DNA of 20,000 nt from Seison nebaliae. Lineage: Eukaryota. Where the stretch lies: assembly GCA_023231475.1 (NCBI GenBank), contig JALJEE010001331.1, positions 56,604-76,603 of the forward strand, read 5' to 3'. Below, piece by piece: positions 1-11,159 of the stretch. How positions within the stretch are numbered: position 1 is the stretch's first letter; every line of letters begins with the position of its first letter. The notes below the pieces were generated by a model, which was given only the letters and a program-made list of their open reading frames with translations, was not told where the DNA came from and ran no database searches. Made by a program: the position numbers and the translations under genes.

Positions 1-37
1 TAATTTAACTTCTTCAACTACGAAAAATAATGAAACG

Positions 38-3000
38 ATGGAAGAAGAGAAAATTGTTGATAAGAATAAAACTGAATCAGATTACCAAGATCAAACTGTT
101 ACCATGTCAACGTTGGATAATATGATGGATTTCCAAAATTCCGACGACGAAGAAGATGTGGAGCAACGACGTAAAAACATCGAAAAATTTGTCGACGAAC
201 AAAGAAAGTTGACAAAGGAGGAACTCGTCCAGAAGGCCTTATATCTCCAAAATGAGTATGAGAATGTTTATTTGCAGAAACAGGCACTTCAAGATGAATT
301 AGAAGAAATGAAATTGGAGATGGAGGAGTTGCAAGATCAATTTCGTGTTGAAGATGCCGATCAACTTCGAATTCTTCAATCCGAATTGGATTCTGCCCAT
401 CGTTCGTGTCGAGTGCTCCAATTTAAAGTAACAAGAAGTGAACGGAGAAATGATGCATTGGATGATGATAAATTTAAATTAGAAGAGAAAATAAGAGATT
501 TGTTGAGACAAAGTGAACGTCTTGAAGAATTGGAAGATGAACTGCAAATCGCAAAAGAAGTCAGTGTCCGTTTACATGCCGAATTGTTGCACAATGAACA
601 ATGGAGAGTGGCGACTGAAAGATTGAATTGCCATTTACGTGAACAATTGGACACGCTAAAGGATGCGATTGATGGAAAGCTGAATATCAATGAAAATGAT
701 CAGAAAGGAGAAGTAACTGAGAGAGAATTACATGATGATATTCATGTCTGGAGATTATCAAATGAATTATATGATTGTTTATTAAGAGAATATATGTTAC
801 AAGAAGAATTAGCTGTTCTCACAAGACAACAGTCAGTCAATCGCAATATAGCTAACAGTTCATCTTCTGCCGATCTCCCAAATAACAATCAAACAAATGT
901 GCAATTGCCAAATAATGATAGTTTAGCTGTTCGGGAATTAGGTCGAATGTTATCGAATGCTCAAGAGAAAAGTTCCGGTTTACGTGAAGATGTACGTCGA
1001 TTAGAAAATGAATTATCAACAAAAAAACATGAAATTGATCAACTGAAAATTTCATTATCTCGTCGTTCTCGTTCGTCATCAAGATCTCGACGAACTAACA
1101 ACAATAACAATAATAATCAGAATGAGAATGGAGAAGAGAAGAAATCGAGAGCAAATGAATCAAAGACGATGGTCGATGACGGAGAAATGACATTAATGAG
1201 AAATCGTATGTCTCGACTTGCTGACGATTTACAACAAGCTCAAGAAGACAATAATTTATTGGAAAGTCGATTGAAAGAAACGAAAAAACAGAAAATCGAT
1301 CGTGCATCATCACCAGTTATGATGACGATGGAACCATCGAAAGAAATTTCAGAATTGAAAGAGCAAATATCTGATATGTTGGAAATAATGGAGGAGCAAG
1401 AACATGCGAAAAGAATTGCTGATAGAGAATTGCAGAATTTGAAAGAAATTATTGAAAAACAAAAAATATCGGAAGAAATGGAAAAGAAACAAGTTTCAAT
1501 GGAATATATGGAATTGGTTGTTAATAATACGCAGAAACAGAAGGAAGTTGAGTTGAAATTACTGCAACAGAATATTGATGAATTGGAATCGATAAATAAG
1601 AAGAAAGAAGAACAATTATTAGAATTGAATGACAAATATGTTAGTTTGAGAATCGAATTGGAAAAAAAGGAAAAGGACAACCAATTGCAAGTGATTCAGA
1701 CGAAGTTGGGAGAAGAAGAAAAGAAAGTTTCAAAATTAGAAGGCGATTTGGAGAAAGCAAAAAAATCGATTGTAGAAGTTGTGCGGAAATTTGAAATAGA
1801 GTTTGAGAAACGTCGAATGGATTTGATTACGAAGAAAGAGAATGAGTTAGTTGAATTGCAGAGATCGACACAACTCAAATTAAGTGAAATGACAAAGAAA
1901 CATGAGAAGGAAAAGAATGAATTACAAATGAAAGAGCGTAAGCAAGATGAAACGTTCAAGAATGACCTTACAACAAATAATCAGAAATTTGATTTATTAG
2001 AAAGGAAATTGAAAGACTTACAAAAGCAATTGAATGAGAAGAATGAAGAATTAAAGAAGCAGCATGTTCGACTAATTTCTCGTGGTGTCATTCCAAACAA
2101 GATCTTGGAATCATCAGCATCTTCATTCGCTTTATCATCAACTACTCCATCAATTATGGCGAATAATCATAAAACAACGTCAACCGATTCCCAATTGAAT
2201 ATGACAACTGTCTCTTCGGGTAATACATCATCAAGATGGTCAACGACAAATGACCATCAGAATCATTATGAGAATGATGTGCATTTGAAAGAGATAAAGG
2301 AATTTGAAAGACTTTTAGAAATAAAAGAAACGGAAATTGATCGACAACAAAGAGAATTACGAGACTTGGCAGATGAAAAGTTGGAATTGCAAAAGAAGGT
2401 GCGACGATTGAAAGTAAAAATCGATTCAGGAGAAACCACATCGAAATTGAATAGAACTGAAATTGACAATTTCGAAACAAGATTGAATATGTTGAACGCA
2501 GAGAATAACATGTTAAAGAAAGAAAAGAAGCAATTGCAGAATGAGAGTGATGATTTAAAAATTCAATTGGAACAAACTCAACAGAGACGACGATTGAAAT
2601 CAGTTTATAGATCAACGAAAAATTCGGCAACCCAATGCTCGACCATGAATGAGGTAGAAGACAGATTGAATAGTGAAGTGAAAAACATGAAAGAAGAATT
2701 GGAATGTGCAATTAATCAGACGAAAAAACTGATGAAAGAAAAGGAATTAGAGAGACAAGAGAATCGAAAGGAGATTCAAATGTTGAAAGAGAGATTGTTA
2801 TTGAAAGACAAAGAAAAGATGAAGAAAGAATGTGAGAGGATAGAAACGTTAAAACGAGAATTAGATTACAATGAAATCGCTAGGAAAGAATTAAAGTCAG
2901 CTGCTGATAAATTGAGACAGAAATTACAAATGATCGATCAAGAAATGCATAGACATCAATTGGAAACTTCATTCGAAAAAGAGGAATGGAGTGTAGAACG

Positions 3001-6000
3001 TGCGAATTTCTTGTCTCTAGTCAATTCGTTGCGTGAAGAGAATTCGAAATATTCCGGTTGTACATCATCTCAACAAGCAAAATATGAATGGACTAAGGAA
3101 CGTCATGAATTGTTGAGAACTTTAGATTTATCGCATAATCTTAATCTGAATCTGAAGACGCAACTGAATAATAGTGAGCGAAAACAAACATCTTTACTAC
3201 ATTCGATGACTGTGAAGAATTTGGATGATAATCCAAAAGAAGGTGCAACAGATAATTCAAAATATGAAGTAGAAAGTTCTCGTCATTTGATGAAAGCGTT
3301 GAAAGACGAGAATGAAACGTTATTAAATAAAGTACGTCAAATGGAAAAGATATGTATCGATGTTGACGCCGTTCGTGATCAGTTGTTTTTATTAAGAGAT
3401 TCATATCATTCAGAAAAGAATGAATGGTCATTCAACAAACAATATTTGGAGGAACATATAGGAGAACTTGTTGAGATTAAAAATAACTTAACAAAGCAAT
3501 TCGCTCAACTAAAAATGACACAATCAGAACCAAGTCAAAAGAAGAAAACTTTATCTGTTTCCACATCTCCAATCATTCTTCCACATGAACAAAGTAAATT
3601 TAAATTCAACCTCAAAGAAAATGAAAATATCAAAAAAAATGAAAATAGTAAAAAGAAATTTCTACATATTAAACAATTATCTCCAATTGTTTCAAAGAAG
3701 CAAATCGAGACGGAGCCAGAGAATAATGCTTCTTCGAGAATTAGCGACACTGTTAAGTTGTTGACGAAACGATTTGAAAAATCTAAAGTGAAAAGTGTAT
3801 CATCAGGTGAAGAGAAAGTTAAGGTATCAACATTAGTCAAAGTACAAGACAGAAGTAATACAATATTGGCGAAAATGGAAAAACAGAACTCAGTTTCACG
3901 AACCGAATCGCCATCAAATACCACTATTCCACTATCGATGAGAGGTAAAGTGAAAAGTTTGGAGAATTCTTTTATTTTTCTGTTTGAATCTTTATTTTAC
4001 TTAATATTTTCCAGAATCCTTCTTCAAGAAGACAACACAAGATGAAAAATCATCAACAGCAATTTCAAATATTCGAAATTCCAAATATAAATCGTCAACT
4101 CTTCTTCCAGGCAAAGTCAAAGAAGTTAATTTTTCATTAGTACTTGTAAAGTACATCAATAACATTTCTCATTCTCACAATAGCCAACGACAATTAATGA
4201 ATTCTATTCATCGAGTGAAGATAAATTATTATCAGAGAATAGACAACCAACTAATACTCCGTCGAAGAATGGCGATGAATTAAATAAATTTGCAACAAGT
4301 CTTTTACAAGCTGATGACCAAAATACGAATGAAAAGAAATCAAAAAATTTCGAAGAAACTTTAGATGAGGTTACATCTTTTAGGAATACTTTTATTTAAT
4401 AAATTGTTTAGGCGATGAAAAAATTGGAATCGTTGAAAGAACATTTGAGTTTATCAACCAGTGAAATTTTTCTGGGAAATGTTCCATTTGAAGAAAAGAA
4501 AAAAGTGAAATTATTAACATTGAACAAAAGTCATTTTTCTCCGATGAAAATTACGAAAAGGCAAGAGAGACAACCTTCACCGGCTGTCTTTTCACAAACC
4601 CAACTCGCTAATAAGATTCTGGGAATGAACATCATGAACAGAAGAAGTAAAAGTCGAGAGAAAAGTGTAGGGAAACGATTAAATACTCCAGTGGTGATAT
4701 TACCTTCTCATTTCCCCGATATTACTGCCACCAATGACACTGGAGCATCCATCGAAAATTTATTAAACTCAACTGAAATTCTTGATAAATCATCTCCTAA
4801 TCGAACTCCAATTCTCATACCTCAAACGTTGAGTACGCCAAAACAGAATGGATTTGTCTCAGATAAAAACGGAAAGTCATCGACTCGGTCGATCTCAACT
4901 CCAAAATCACAAAAATCGAATTTGGGTAATTTGCTAAAAAGACCAAATAAGATACCATTAAACTTCTCCAATAATTCTTCTACACCTGAATCGTCTCCAG
5001 GCAGAAAAACTGATAGAAGAATCTGGCGATCGATATCTCCATGGAACGGTTTTTTCTTTTGCTTTTCAATTTTTATTTCAAATTTTCTTTCAAATTTATT
5101 TTTTAGGATTAAGAAGTCGTTCATCGTCTCGTGATCGTGAAGGGAAGACATCTGAAAGTAAATTGAATTTATTAAAACAAATTTCGTTGAAGAAACAGAA
5201 AATCGAAGAAAAGGATGAAAACGAGAATGAATATGAAATGTCTGACAACAATTCAATGGTGAAAAATGACGAATTAATGGAGACATCTGTAGAGATTCTT
5301 CGAGAACTTCATCCATCGAATCGGATTGATTTAGGAACGGATTCTAATAAGTCGATTAATGATTCAAATTCAAATAAACCTATCTCTCGTCAAGTGACGT
5401 TCAGTGACGATATTCGAATATCTGAAAATAGTCAAACAATTCACGAATATCAACAAGCTTCTAATGCTGCAGTTGGTTATGCGTCAATGAGAAGTAATTA
5501 TTCAACTGATCATACATTGTCACCAAATTCACCACAATTATATATGAATAATTCCACAACTAATTCCATCATGGATGCCGATGAACATTTTATGAATAAT
5601 GGACAAATAGAAAATAATAATGAAATTATACCGGAGTCATCATCAAATCATCCATATTGGTCAGTCGATCATGTTACTCAAGATACAATTCCAGATTTAG
5701 TCCAATCGACGGTTCCCACTCGATCTCAACGTTTATATAATAAAATTTCCAAAAAATCAATGAATAAAAATAGCAGTAATAACAATAATAGTCACAACAA
5801 CAACAACAATAATAATACTAATGGAAATTCTTTAAATAGATTCCAATCGTCCAAAAATAAAAGTTCAAGTTATTTCCCTTCGTCTCTTCTCATAAATTCT
5901 TAATATGTTCGATTTTAATCATATCGTGCAGTAGATAAAGAGAATAACCAAAGTACAGTAGAATCACCAAATCCCAATAAGAATATCAATACCAATTATA

Positions 6001-6113
6001 GATGTAGTAGTGTAGATAGTCGTTCGTCAAGCTGCTCATCCAATACACGTCTTATGTCCAGTACGGCTAGACCGTTGATGATGGGCAATAATGGAATGGA
6101 AGAAAACTATTAA
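38..6113 (+). CDS. SOGA/MTCL1-family coiled-coil protein (~1930 aa; probably extends 5' of the window)
   Basis: The segment DELEEMKLEMEELQDQFRVEDADQLRILQSELDSAHRSCRVLQFKVTRSERR...LEDELQIAKEVSVRLHAEL matches my recollection of the SOGA1/SOGA3/MTCL1 conserved block (..[44 protein letters not shown]). In-frame exons: 38-3956 (or 38-3944), 4015-4124, 4184-4369, 4412-5048, 5107-5868 (or -5862), 5932-6113 (TAA). The frame is open from base 2 to the ATG at 38, so the true start may be upstream. The 3' exons are supported by frame continuity only. Confidence 0.8.
5778..5817 (+). repeat. (AAT/AAC)n coding microsatellite giving a poly-Asn tract
   Basis: NNNNSHNNNNNNN in the SOGA C-terminal exon. A similar tract lies at about 1096-1117. 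Confidence 0.75.
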
Positions 6114-6690
6114 GCCATCACAACATCTTTCTTTAAAAGAAAACTTAGTTCTATTTCTATTTTTTTGCCGATAATTATATATACGATAATTGAAAATTTT
6201 GTTAATTACTTTTTGTAAAGATTTCTATTTATTTCTAACTCCGTCAACTCACTCTCTTTACTTATCTAAAAACTAATTGCCCAATATTACGGAATTTCTA
6301 CTAAGAACTGAATAAAGACAACTTCACTTTTTTTTTCATGCAACAAACAAACCGATCTTTCCCTTTCTTTTTTCCACCATCTTCCCAGATATTTCTAAAT
6401 ATTAGAAATATTCTAATTTATTTCAATCAATTTTTGTTTAGTAACAAATTTCTTTCGCAACAATTTATCTTTTTCATCAAATTAAAATATTTTCCAGAAA
6501 ATTTTTTCACCATTTGATTTCAATTTTGTTTAAGAAATTGATAAATTATTATAAAATCTTGATAAAACCTTATACAATGAAAACTTAATGATGAATATTA
6601 AATAAAATTCTATAGAAATGTAATTAATCTATATATTATATAATAAAACGTTTATATACACCAATTTGAGAAATGAATGGATTTTGTGAC

Positions 6691-6988
6691 AAATGCTGAG
6701 TTAGACAATTGCTTCTCTTTTTTTTCAATCACTTTAGTTTCACTTCACATTTTAAAAATTGCCAACTTAGAACTTAACAAAAATTTTTTTTTTGAAGTTT
6801 TTTCCCATTGGGTTCGAAATATCTTCACTAATATCTAGTCAAACATATCGTAATGGGCACCATTGGATAGTGGATAAAAAATACTTTAAGAATATATGCT
6901 TTTTTATTATTCTCTGCTTAACTACTTTTAAATGCAAAAAACTAAAGTGGTTGGAAAAAAAGAGGAGCAATTGTCTCACTCAACATTT
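6691..6988. mobile_element. MITE-like element bounded by 50-bp imperfect inverted repeats
   Basis: 6691-6740 (aaatgctgagttagacaattgcttctcttttttttcaatcactttagttt) matches the reverse complement of 6939-6988 at 45/50 positions. The spacer is about 200 bp and non-coding. No clear target-site duplication. Confidence 0.55.
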
Positions 6989-7461
6989 TATCATCACTCA
7001 CAATGTCAGAGGAGGAATATGCCCATATTAGTAGATCCGTTAAATTCTAGATCACTAACCTTTTTAACCAATTCAATCCAACCAATCAATATAACAAAAA
7101 TTATTATCGTTGAATCTGGTCAATTGTATTGTTGACAAAGTGAGACAATGAAAACTGTCAATTGAAACTAATTCTGCAATTGTTAATATTTTTAGTTTTT
7201 CGCTTGAGAATTAATGTTTATACACTGTTGATCAACTGAAGTCATAAAATTATTTCGGATAAGAACACAAAGATTCAATTTATTTTTAAAAACAAATCAC
7301 AATCAATAATATTTAATTAATAAATTACCGATAAAAAACCTTGTTGGAACGGAAATAAATTGAATAAACGAATATCGAAAAAATTAATAAATCAAGCTAT
7401 TTTGAAAAAAGCACAAATATCAAATCTTTTCTCAAAAATATTTTCATTTCTTCAACTTCAA

Positions 7462-8964
7462 TTATTCTTCAGCTTCTTCCAATTTTTCTTCCAGTTCAAT
7501 GAAGTTTTCATCGGTATGCTTGTAACTGATGATGACGATGGATCTTGGCATTAGTATTATACCTCGCCCATTTAACTTCTTCCCTACTTTATAATCGAAA
7601 TATCCTAAGGGAACTCGATCTTCGTGATTCGGCATAGCAAAATAACTAATAGTTCCATCTTTACCAAATTTCTCTTGTTTGCCCAAATCAATTGGAATTT
7701 CTTCATTTTCCATATTCACACAAACCTTAAGAATTTATTAATTGTAATTTGATGTTAAATAATGAAAAATTAACAATGTATCCATTGAAACCCAATTGTT
7801 TCCTGAAGAAACAATTCTTTCCATCTCCTATTAATTCGGTTGCTCCAAATTTGAACGAACCGAAGTTCAAATATTTCCCGATATTTTTCAATAATTCATC
7901 TTCTGTAACACCTCCTCCCAAGAAATTCGCTCGTTTTGCTTCAGTTAATTTATAGTCCTAAATTCAAATAAAATATTCGATAAGTAAATGAACATTTTAA
8001 ACTTGAATCGTGGAATTATTTGGAAGTTTGTAATAGAGAACATTCGTCCCACCAGAGAGAAGATAAGTAGCTTTAATTAACGACTTAGTACTTGGTTTAT
8101 CTGTGATGATTCCATCGGTGGTCAACTAAAAATAAATTAAATTTTCTTAAACTGAATGTATTTTCTAACAAATTTAATTTCATTAGCATTCTTCGTAAAT
8201 TCTTTAATCGCATTGTCTTCTTTAATCGCTTTTAAATTCGGAACGACTGAAATCATTAAATTCGTTTTGTTCTCTCCAGTATCAGTCAATAATCCGATAA
8301 ATCTTTAAAAAATATTCAATTAATTATTCGAATTAACAAATAGAAACCTTTTTTTTTTAAATTGCTTCTCTTTGACCTTTTCTAATAAATTTTTTGTTGG
8401 CGATTTATTTTTGAGAATAATTCCATCGAATTTTTCTATTGTTTTTATATCTGGTTCTGTTCCGTCATCAATATATTTAATGAAATTGTATCCCGAATGT
8501 TGCAATCGTTTCATATAATCATCAAATTTATCTTTCGTTTTTTTCGAATCCTCTACTTCTGGCACTTTGTTCAAAACGATGGATTTAGTATTAAACTCCT
8601 TCATCGAGTCTTCTACTCTCTTCAAATCATTCACACCTTCCATGTCGTCTTCCACGTACATTATATAAGGAACTTCGAACCAATCTTGTGAGGGTGGAGA
8701 AGGACATTTTGCTGACCAGACTACGATCAAAACAGCCGATACTAACATCAACAACCAAAGAAGAACGAAAACTGCTAAAAGAATTCGACGAATTCGAACC
8801 CATTTCTTATCGGTAGCAAATTGAGCTACTTCAGTCTTCGTTAAACAATAAAAATCCTTTGATTCTTCATTCACTTTTGTTATATCTTTTTCCAAATTGT
8901 CCATGTTGTTATTGGGCACATCTCCCATCAACGATTCTTGTTCGACTTCTACTCCCATTGTCAT
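7462..8964 (-). CDS. SLC3A2: SLC3-family heteromeric amino-acid transporter heavy chain (4F2hc/CD98hc-like), ~439 aa
   Basis: LTKTEVAQFATDKKWVRIRRILLAVFVLLWLLMLVSAVLIVVWSAKCP..QDWFE fits the SLC3A2 N-terminal pattern (LTKEEL..W.R.R..single TM..P.C..WW), including the juxtamembrane Cys that links to the light chain. In-frame exons: 8964-8348, 8302-8170, 8125-8003, 7957-7775, 7725-7462. Confidence 0.8.
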
Positions 8965-9255
8965 TGATTAAAATTAGTATCTTAAAATGGTATTCGTGTT
9001 TCCTTTAAAAATAAGTTTTCTTTGTAATTTAATGAGATAAAATATTAACCATTGCTAAATGGCCAAGTGTCCCTAAAAAAAGTTTACTTATCACTTTTCC
9101 AAGTTATACAACAATTCCTTATCACAAAACTTTAGCCCATCAGATTCATAAATTTAATAAATTTTCCTTTATATCTATTTCTGCTTCAATGCTTTTCTCA
9201 ATATTAACGAATACACATAACACCTTCTTCTTAAAATTGACTTAAAACTAATTTT

Positions 9256-9417
9256 AAATCTTTTCTCAAAACTATTTTCATTTCTTCTACTTCAATTATT
9301 CTTCAGCTTCTTCCAATTTTTTTTCCAGTTCAATGAAATTTTCATCGGTATGCTTGTAACTGATGATGATGTAATAGTTCCATCTTTACCAAATTTCTCT
9401 TGTTTGCCCAAATCAAT
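9256..9417 (-). pseudogene. Duplicated, internally deleted fragment of the SLC3A2-like last exon and 3' UTR
   Basis: 9256-9371 matches 7422-7537 (5 mismatches in 116 nt). 9372-9417 matches 7647-7692 exactly (46 nt). The intervening 109 bp (7538-7646) are absent. Confidence 0.9.
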
Positions 9418-9707
9418 GATTTAAATTGTTCTATAACTAATTTATTATCCTTTCTTATTAGTTTATTTTCAATTAAAGAGAGTTAAATGAAAAACCTTCA
9501 AATTTTATATGGTATTATGAAAATAGAGTATAAAATATTAATATATTTTTAAGATGATGATTCATCTCATAACTTTCAATGTTAATAAGGTGTATCAGAA
9601 CCAAGTTAAGATCTCATAAAAAGTTCTTTCACCATCATATTAAAATATCTCTTTAACAACATTCCAATAATTTAATATTAAGTGGGCAGAATTCACTTGG
9701 AATAACT

Positions 9708-9764
9708 TAGTGCTGTGATTATGATCCAAAGTGATAAGACTCACGGATCATAATCACAGCACTA
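9708..9764. mobile_element. 57-bp perfect hairpin element; hAT-like micro-MITE (alternatively a pre-miRNA-like hairpin)
   Basis: Perfect inverted repeat TAGTGCTGTGATTATGATCC (9708-9727) / GGATCATAATCACAGCACTA (9745-9764) with a 17-nt loop. The ends fit the hAT (T/C)A(A/G)NG terminus. The 8-bp flanks gaataact / aaataaca match at 6/8. Confidence 0.55.
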
Positions 9765-9964
9765 AAATAACATTAAATCATTTTGTTCAAGTGCATGAAT
9801 TATATAAGACAATCTGAAACAGTTCTCGACATATTAATAGGAAAAGTGTTACTCAATTAGAAAATACTCGTTTAGTTTCCTTTTTCCTTTTTTTCTAAAA
9901 AACCGCATTCTTATTAATTATATTATTCTATCATTCTATCTACTTGTAAACATCCATACCAAAT

Positions 9965-11159
9965 ATGTCGTTCTTATATGAGACTTGTGATATACAAAAG
10001 ACTCCTTATCAACAATATATGAAATATTTATTTGGTAAGTATTTATTACTCTTATAATTGAGAAGATAAATTATTTAGAGAACTACAAATGTCGAATTCC
10101 AAAAGAAGATTTAGATTGGACATTCGTTCCTCCCAAATTTGATCGAAATAAATATCATTCGTCACGATTCGTTAAGATAACGTTGAAGCACGGATCTGAT
10201 CGACATACACTAACTATCGATCCGGTACATGAAGTCAAACGAGTAATTGATTTGCAAGAGAAAATTCGTGAAATTACAGGAGTGTTGATAACTAACCAAA
10301 GTTTATTTTATAAGGGACAGAAATTACATATGCATCCCGAACTACCTCTCCTAACATATAACTTTCCAAATGAGATTTCCATATCGGTAGGAGGTTCTCA
10401 ACATCCGCCATTTGTGAAAACGCGTCGGTTAAATTGTCTAAATTCTTCGTTTCTTATCTTATTCATTTGAATAGTGCTCAAACAGCAATTGTACGCGACA
10501 TAGGTCAACTATGTGTCGAACCTGATTTAAATTGGTTAGCTCGTCGACCAGAAAGTTTGAAAATTTTCCATATTTTAATTTGAATTAAAAATCTTTCAAA
10601 AGGCGGTTCTTCGAAGAAACGATGTCCCGATATCAAATGTTGTTGTCCACCAAATACCAATTTACCGAAAAAATGTGATTGCAACTCTCATGTTCATTGG
10701 AGTCGATATTTGAAAGAAAGACCTCCCAATTGTGTGGTGGATTTGAATTCTCCACGAACTCAAAGGGCATTGCTACAAGCAGCTGGAATTTCTGAGTGTC
10801 CAAATATGGATATGATATGTCCACCTGGTTCATATCCAGTACTGAGACCACATAGTGCAGCACCCGCAACTAGAGCCCACAGTCCACCACCTACAACAAG
10901 AACATGTAGTCCATCCCCAGCTCGCTCACCATGTAGGTCACCATGTAGGTCACCCGGCAGATCACCAGCCAGGTCGCCCTGTACTAGCAATCGAGAAGAT
11001 AATGTAGTGCATAAAAAGCCTTGTAAACCCAGACATGTAAGCCCATGTCCAAATGTGGAGGGTAGGAGACGTGTTCACATTCGAGAAGATCCTACTATGC
11101 GAGCAAAACACAAAAACGCTGGCAACACTTTTTTTCAGGAGAAACGTGTCTATTACTGA
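9965..11159 (+). CDS. Uncharacterised ubiquitin-like (BAG1-type UBL) domain protein with Cys/Pro-rich and RSPx-repeat C-terminus, ~351 aa
   Basis: In-frame exons: 9965-10034, 10079-10427, 10475-10554, 10603-11159. VKITLKHGSDRHTLTI..VIDLQEKIREITGVLITNQSLFYKGQKL..PLLTYNF..ISISVG has the beta-grasp UBL pattern (cf. BAG1 ..[28 protein letters not shown]..). Confidence 0.7.
10923..10982 (+). repeat. 12-bp coding tandem repeat x5 (RSPC-RSPC-RSPG-RSPA-RSPC)
   Basis: Units cgctcaccatgt / aggtcaccatgt / aggtcacccggc / agatcaccagcc / aggtcgccctgt. Confidence 0.85.

Noticed and set aside
30..125. Out-of-frame ATG at 30 giving a 31-codon ORF overlapping the SOGA start
   Set aside because: The main frame is open to the window edge, so this region is probably internal coding sequence rather than a 5' UTR.
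99..3924. Many minus-strand ORFs (62-185 aa) antisense to the SOGA exon
   Set aside because: They are Phe/Ser/Leu-rich shadows of an Glu/Lys-rich coding strand with no recognisable domains.
6389..6411. Palindrome atatttctaa-ata-ttagaaatat
   Set aside because: A short AT-rich stem is expected by chance at this composition.
6792..7135. Small plus-strand ORFs 6792-7031 and 6932-7135
   Set aside because: They overlap the inverted-repeat element, and have no homology or splice support.
7538..7646. The 109 bp missing from the duplicate starts with GTTATT on the coding strand, as if a spliced intron (retrocopy)
   Set aside because: The other end is not AG, and removal would frameshift the last exon. 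It is more simply a genomic deletion.
9752..9760. ATCACAG (miR-2 family seed) within the hairpin 3' arm
   Set aside because: Its position would leave only about 14 nt of stem for the mature strand, and the rest does not resemble miR-2.
10378..10400. Gly-Gly at the end of the UBL domain next to an E1 gene, suggesting a dedicated conjugation system (UBL + E1 + PCNA)
   Set aside because: The GG sits at the end of the last beta-strand (like BAG1 VMLIG) and lacks the protruding LRLRGG-type tail. The E1 is an ordinary UBA1, and adjacency in a compact eukaryotic genome is weak evidence.
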